DNA of 58,535 bases from Saprospiraceae bacterium (GTDB lineage: Bacteria; Bacteroidota; Bacteroidia; Chitinophagales; Saprospiraceae). Location: positions 1 to 58,535 of the forward strand of contig JBGCFJ010000108.1 of the NCBI GenBank assembly GCA_045106885.1, written 5' to 3'. Shown piece by piece: positions 55,328 to 58,535 of the stretch (position 1 is the stretch's first letter; the number at the start of each line of letters is the position of its first letter). The notes under the pieces are model-generated. The model ran no database searches, was not told where the DNA came from, and saw only the letters and a list, made by a program, of their open reading frames with translations. Position numbers and translations under genes: made by a program.

Positions 55328-56739
55328 GCAAATTCTTTTAACTTCCCTATAGTCTGCCTAATATCTGCCTTCATCAATCCTGGATGAATCGGACACATTC
55401 GCAAAACGGTCAAATCATTAATTTTCGTTGTCGTTATCATGGCAAAGCCGTCCTGCATAATCTTTTCAGCAATTGCCTTAGAGGAAGCATCTATTGCTGC
55501 TAAACTAGCTCCTGTCGGTGCATAAACAAAATTGATAATACCCAATTGGGCGGGGGTAATAATTTTCCAATCTTTTTCCCGACCTAATAGTTTTTCGGTG
55601 TATTCTGCCATATCTATCCCTTTTTGAATCGCTTTTTTGAAAGCCTTCAGCCCAAAAGTTTTTAGGGAGAGGTATAATTTTAAAGCCCGAAAAGAACGGG
55701 TTAATTGAATGCCGTGGTCATAATAATTAATTTCCTCCAACCCTTTGGCTTTGGTATCTTCTAAATATTCTGCGGACACTTGGAAAGTTGTTTTTAAATG
55801 GTTGGCATTTTTTACTAATAAACAGCCTATTTCCATTGGTTGGAACCACCATTTATGTGGGTCTAAAGTTAGCGAGTCTGCTTTTTCGATGCCTTTTAAT
55901 GCCCTTTTACCTGTTCTCGTTAACATAGCTGCTGCACCATAAGCTCCATCTACATGTAACCAACAATTATATTTTTTAGCCATTTTAGCCATTTTATTTA
56001 ATGGGTCAACTACCCCTGCATTGGTCGTTCCTGCGTTGGCTACGATACAAAAAGGTGTTAACCCATTTTTTATATCTTTTTTAATTGCCTTTTTTAAAGC
56101 CCTTAAATCAATTTTTAAATCCTTATCAATCGGAATTGGTCGTCGATATTTTTCACCAATGCCCAATACTTTTAAGCCTTTGGCTAAAGAAGAATGCGTT
56201 TGTTGGGAGTAATAGACAACGCCTCTTCTCCCTTCATCCTGCAATTTAATTTTTCGAGCGGTTGCAATAGCAGACAAATTTGCCATTGAGCCACCACTTA
56301 AAAATAAACCTCCTCCTGTCTTCGGAAATCCACAAATATCTTTTAGCCAATCAATCGTAATTCGCTCTACAGCTGCTGAACCTGACCCTGCTAACCAATG
56401 CCCATTAAATACATTAAAACCTTTGGCTAAAGTATCTGCCATGACGCCCATAAAATTGCCAGGCGAAGGAATGAAAGCATAAAATCGAGGATGGTCTACA
56501 TGCAAAACATTTCCAAAAACTTCTTGCTTGGCTTGTTCGATTAATGCCAATGGATTTTGTCCTTTTGTGGGGATGTTACCCCCTAATTTTTCATTTAAAT
56601 AAGCAGGAGATTGTTGTGCATGAATTTTAAGGTCTTCCATTTCCGTTAAATGCTCCACGATGGTATCAATGACTTTATAGCCAACTTTTTGCATTTCTTT
56701 TTTGGAGAGGGAGATGGGATTTTTTCGTTGTTGTTTCAT
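55321..56739 (-). CDS. group II pyridoxal-dependent (aromatic amino acid/glutamate-type) decarboxylase
   Basis: 472 aa with HPRFYAFIPSP, GGSMANL, HVDGAYG and SLTLDPHKW (PLP lysine). Confidence 0.8.
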   Translation of the reverse strand: MKQQRKNPISLSKKEMQKVGYKVIDTIVEHLTEMEDLKIHAQQSPAYLNEKLGGNIPTKGQNPLALIEQAKQEVFGNVLHVDHPRFYAFIPSPGNFMGVMADTLAKGFNVFNGHWLAGSGSAAVERITIDWLKDICGFPKTGGGLFLSGGSMANLSAIATARKIKLQDEGRRGVVYYSQQTHSSLAKGLKVLGIGEKYRRPIPIDKDLKIDLRALKKAIKKDIKNGLTPFCIVANAGTTNAGVVDPLNKMAKMAKKYNCWLHVDGAYGAAAMLTRTGKRALKGIEKADSLTLDPHKWWFQPMEIGCLLVKNANHLKTTFQVSAEYLEDTKAKGLEEINYYDHGIQLTRSFRALKLYLSLKTFGLKAFKKAIQKGIDMAEYTEKLLGREKDWKIITPAQLGIINFVYAPTGASLAAIDASSKAIAEKIMQDGFAMITTTKINDLTVLRMCPIHPGLMKADIRQTIGKLKEFAQ

Positions 56740-56761
56740 ATTATTCTATCTAAGGTCGCAG

Positions 56762-56880
56762 ACAACTGGTAGCAAAGCCTTTAGGCTTTCCCGTGCCCGA
56801 CCTTCAGGTCGGAAATGTGCATGATAAAATAGGTCTAAAGACCTTTTACAGGAAAGCCTGAAGGCTTTACTACCAGTTTG
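56762..56880. repeat. 119-nt nested palindromic element
   Basis: The outer ~30-nt arms are acaactggtagcaaagcctttaggctttcc / ggaaagcctgaaggctttactaccagtttg. Inner hairpins are ccgaccttcaggtcgg and ggtctaaagacc. Confidence 0.85.
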
Positions 56881-56883
56881 TGC

Positions 56884-57576
56884 TTATAATGTCAAAAGTA
56901 TTTTTTGTGCTTTATCGCTATAAAAACCATCTGTTTGAATGATTTGCGTTAGTTGTTGCCTCGCCTTAATTAAGTCTTTATTTTTAAGATAGGCTAAACT
57001 CAAAAACCAATTGGTTTCTTCCCAAAATTTTTCTCCTTGCGCTATTTTTGCTTGTGCCAATACTAATTTTTCTACTGCTTTTGCCGATTTCCCTTCATAT
57101 AAATAGCTCAATCCTGCAAATAAAAAATCTTCGTTTTCGACCGCATTACTATTTAATACCTTTTCATAAATTTGACTAGCAGTTTCGTAATCTTGGTTAT
57201 TATAAGCATTTTTCGCTTGCTTTTTTAAGTCGGCTATTTCTATTGAGGTAGTACTTCTTTTATTATCAGGTAAGGATAATCTATTTTCCAGATAATTATT
57301 TGCTAATCGTTGAGCTTCGGGTTGTAAATAATCTTGTAGAAAAGGAAGCAATGACAATAAAAATAAGAAGGAAGCGGCAATTGCTAATTTTCGAAAGTGT
57401 AATTGGAAAAATTTAACCTTAGGTTTAGTCCTTTCAATTTTATGTTCGGTAGCTAATTTTTTGGTCCATTTTTCTTTTTGGGCTTGGTTAAATTTAGCTC
57501 TTACTAACTCTCCTGTAAAAAGGTCTAATTCTTCTTCGCTTAATTTTCCTTGTTTATACTTATCTAAATCCATCAC
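56884..57576 (-). CDS. membrane-anchored TPR-repeat protein, possible anti-sigma/partner of upstream sigma factor
   Basis: 230 aa with a cytoplasmic N-terminus, one TM helix (LAIAASFLFLLSLLPFL) and C-terminal TPR-like helices. It starts 6 nt after the sigma factor stop. Confidence 0.55.
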   Translation of the reverse strand: MMDLDKYKQGKLSEEELDLFTGELVRAKFNQAQKEKWTKKLATEHKIERTKPKVKFFQLHFRKLAIAASFLFLLSLLPFLQDYLQPEAQRLANNYLENRLSLPDNKRSTTSIEIADLKKQAKNAYNNQDYETASQIYEKVLNSNAVENEDFLFAGLSYLYEGKSAKAVEKLVLAQAKIAQGEKFWEETNWFLSLAYLKNKDLIKARQQLTQIIQTDGFYSDKAQKILLTL

Positions 57577-57582
57577 AAAAAT

Positions 57583-58131
57583 TTAGGAAACTTTAAGAAA
57601 TAAATGACGCAATTGTTCGACACATCTTTGTTTTTGTTTTCTAATGGCAGCAGGTGATTTTTCATTTTGTATGGCAATCTCTTGTAGCGTAACGCCTCCA
57701 TAGTAAAATGCTTTGAGTAACGCTGCACAATTTTCGCCTAATAAAGTCCAAGCCTTATTTAATAATTGCAAAGCTTCTTTGTCAATAGTGGCACTCGGTG
57801 TTGGTAAATCTACTAGTTCTAAGGTTGTTTTTAGTTGTTCTTTCTTAATCCATCGTACATAAATTTGCCCTGCAATCTGTGTAAATAAAAACCGTAAGTT
57901 GCCATATTGAATTTTATCCGCCTTTAAGCGATTACAAAAAACAACCATTGCATCCATCGTAGCATCATAAGCATCTTCCTGACTTGCTTGAAATTTATGC
58001 TGTAAATAGTTCCGACAGTCTTGAAAATGTGCTAGAAAAATTTTTTCATACAATGTTTCATCACCCGCTTTTAACGCCATTACCAATGCTTGAAAAGCAT
58101 TTGCAGATAAACCAAAATTCTTTTTTTCCAT
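57583..58131 (-). CDS. sigma-70 family (ECF-like) RNA polymerase sigma factor
   Basis: 182 aa. The region 4 HTH reads GVTLQEIAIQNEKSPAAIRKQKQRCVEQLR, and the N-terminal half is region 2-like. Confidence 0.65.
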   Translation of the reverse strand: MEKKNFGLSANAFQALVMALKAGDETLYEKIFLAHFQDCRNYLQHKFQASQEDAYDATMDAMVVFCNRLKADKIQYGNLRFLFTQIAGQIYVRWIKKEQLKTTLELVDLPTPSATIDKEALQLLNKAWTLLGENCAALLKAFYYGGVTLQEIAIQNEKSPAAIRKQKQRCVEQLRHLFLKVS

Positions 58132-58300
58132 GAGTACCTGTGATTTTGCTACTGCAAAGAACGTTAGTTATCAGAAGAAAAAGAAATGAGTCTACGGATA
58201 ATTGGAAGACCCCTTTTATACCTATAAGTTAACCGACTAGTTTATGTGACATTTAATTTTAAAAAATGTTTTCTTTGACAAATTTTGCAGTAGAGTCAAT

Positions 58301-58368
58301 GTAGCTTAGACCTCTGGTCTGAGTAGTGGTTTCGTGCTACTCAGACCAGAGGTCTAAGCTACTTTTTT
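58301..58368 (+). terminator. 26-bp perfect hairpin followed by T-run (terminator-like palindromic element)
   Basis: gtagcttagacctctggtctgagtag-tggtttcgtg-ctactcagaccagaggtctaagctac-tttttt. Confidence 0.6.
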
Positions 58369-58535
58369 AAGTATTATCAAAGAATCAAAAAATAATTTAT
58401 AAAAAATGTCACACTTCTTTTTTCGAAGACTTATAGAGACAGAAACCTTGAAAAGTAACTTAATCAAAATATAGAATATGGAAAATATAAAATTTGATAA
58501 TCTGCAAAGTAAAAAAATACGCATTATAATTATTC

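Noticed and set aside
58478-58535. Partial + strand ORF at the window edge (MENIKFDNLQSKKIRIIII)
   Set aside because: Only 19 codons are visible, which is too short to call.

Overview
This 58.5-kb chromosomal segment reads as Bacteroidota. Supporting signs are the gldA/gldF/gldG gliding-motility ABC genes, a T9SS C-terminal sorting domain, ribosomal protein THX and TAnnTTTG-type promoter boxes. Core genes are roughly 40-45% G+C by hand count.

The backbone is housekeeping and metabolic:
- a creatininase-family enzyme, an SSS transporter and tRNA-Leu(CAA)
- a BNR/sortilin-like protein and gldA-x-gldF-gldG
- a haloalkane dehalogenase
- a 1159-aa outer-membrane repeat protein
- a secreted animal-type haem peroxidase
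- a PVC-type haem/HEAT protein
- menaquinone genes menC, menE, menF and menD
- an M43 metalloprotease and two alpha/beta hydrolases
- a class-III aminotransferase, THX and a ROK kinase
- a zincless Fpg/Nei glycosylase
- fbp and pckA, with a divergent XRE/ScfR-like regulator
- a PLP decarboxylase and a sigma factor/TPR pair

Three markedly AT-rich islets interrupt this backbone:
- a GNAT-like + HigA-like HTH pair at 26.3-27.3 kb
- a DUF4365-like nuclease-fold protein + 100-aa partner at 28.9-29.7 kb, inside the men gene string
- a convergent type II restriction-modification (R-M) pair at 42.3-44.3 kb, bracketed by two related palindromic elements

The first two are my best candidates for undescribed toxin/defence-type modules.

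The second striking property is that almost every intergenic gap carries nested palindromes or short-period word arrays (ACTGCC, GAATTCATC, ACCGT, CAGTT, GGTAYAAA) belonging to dispersed families. One palindrome family is inserted in-frame in menD.

No rRNA, CRISPR array, transposase or integrase was seen. All protein family calls are by-eye motif recognition; no searches were run.
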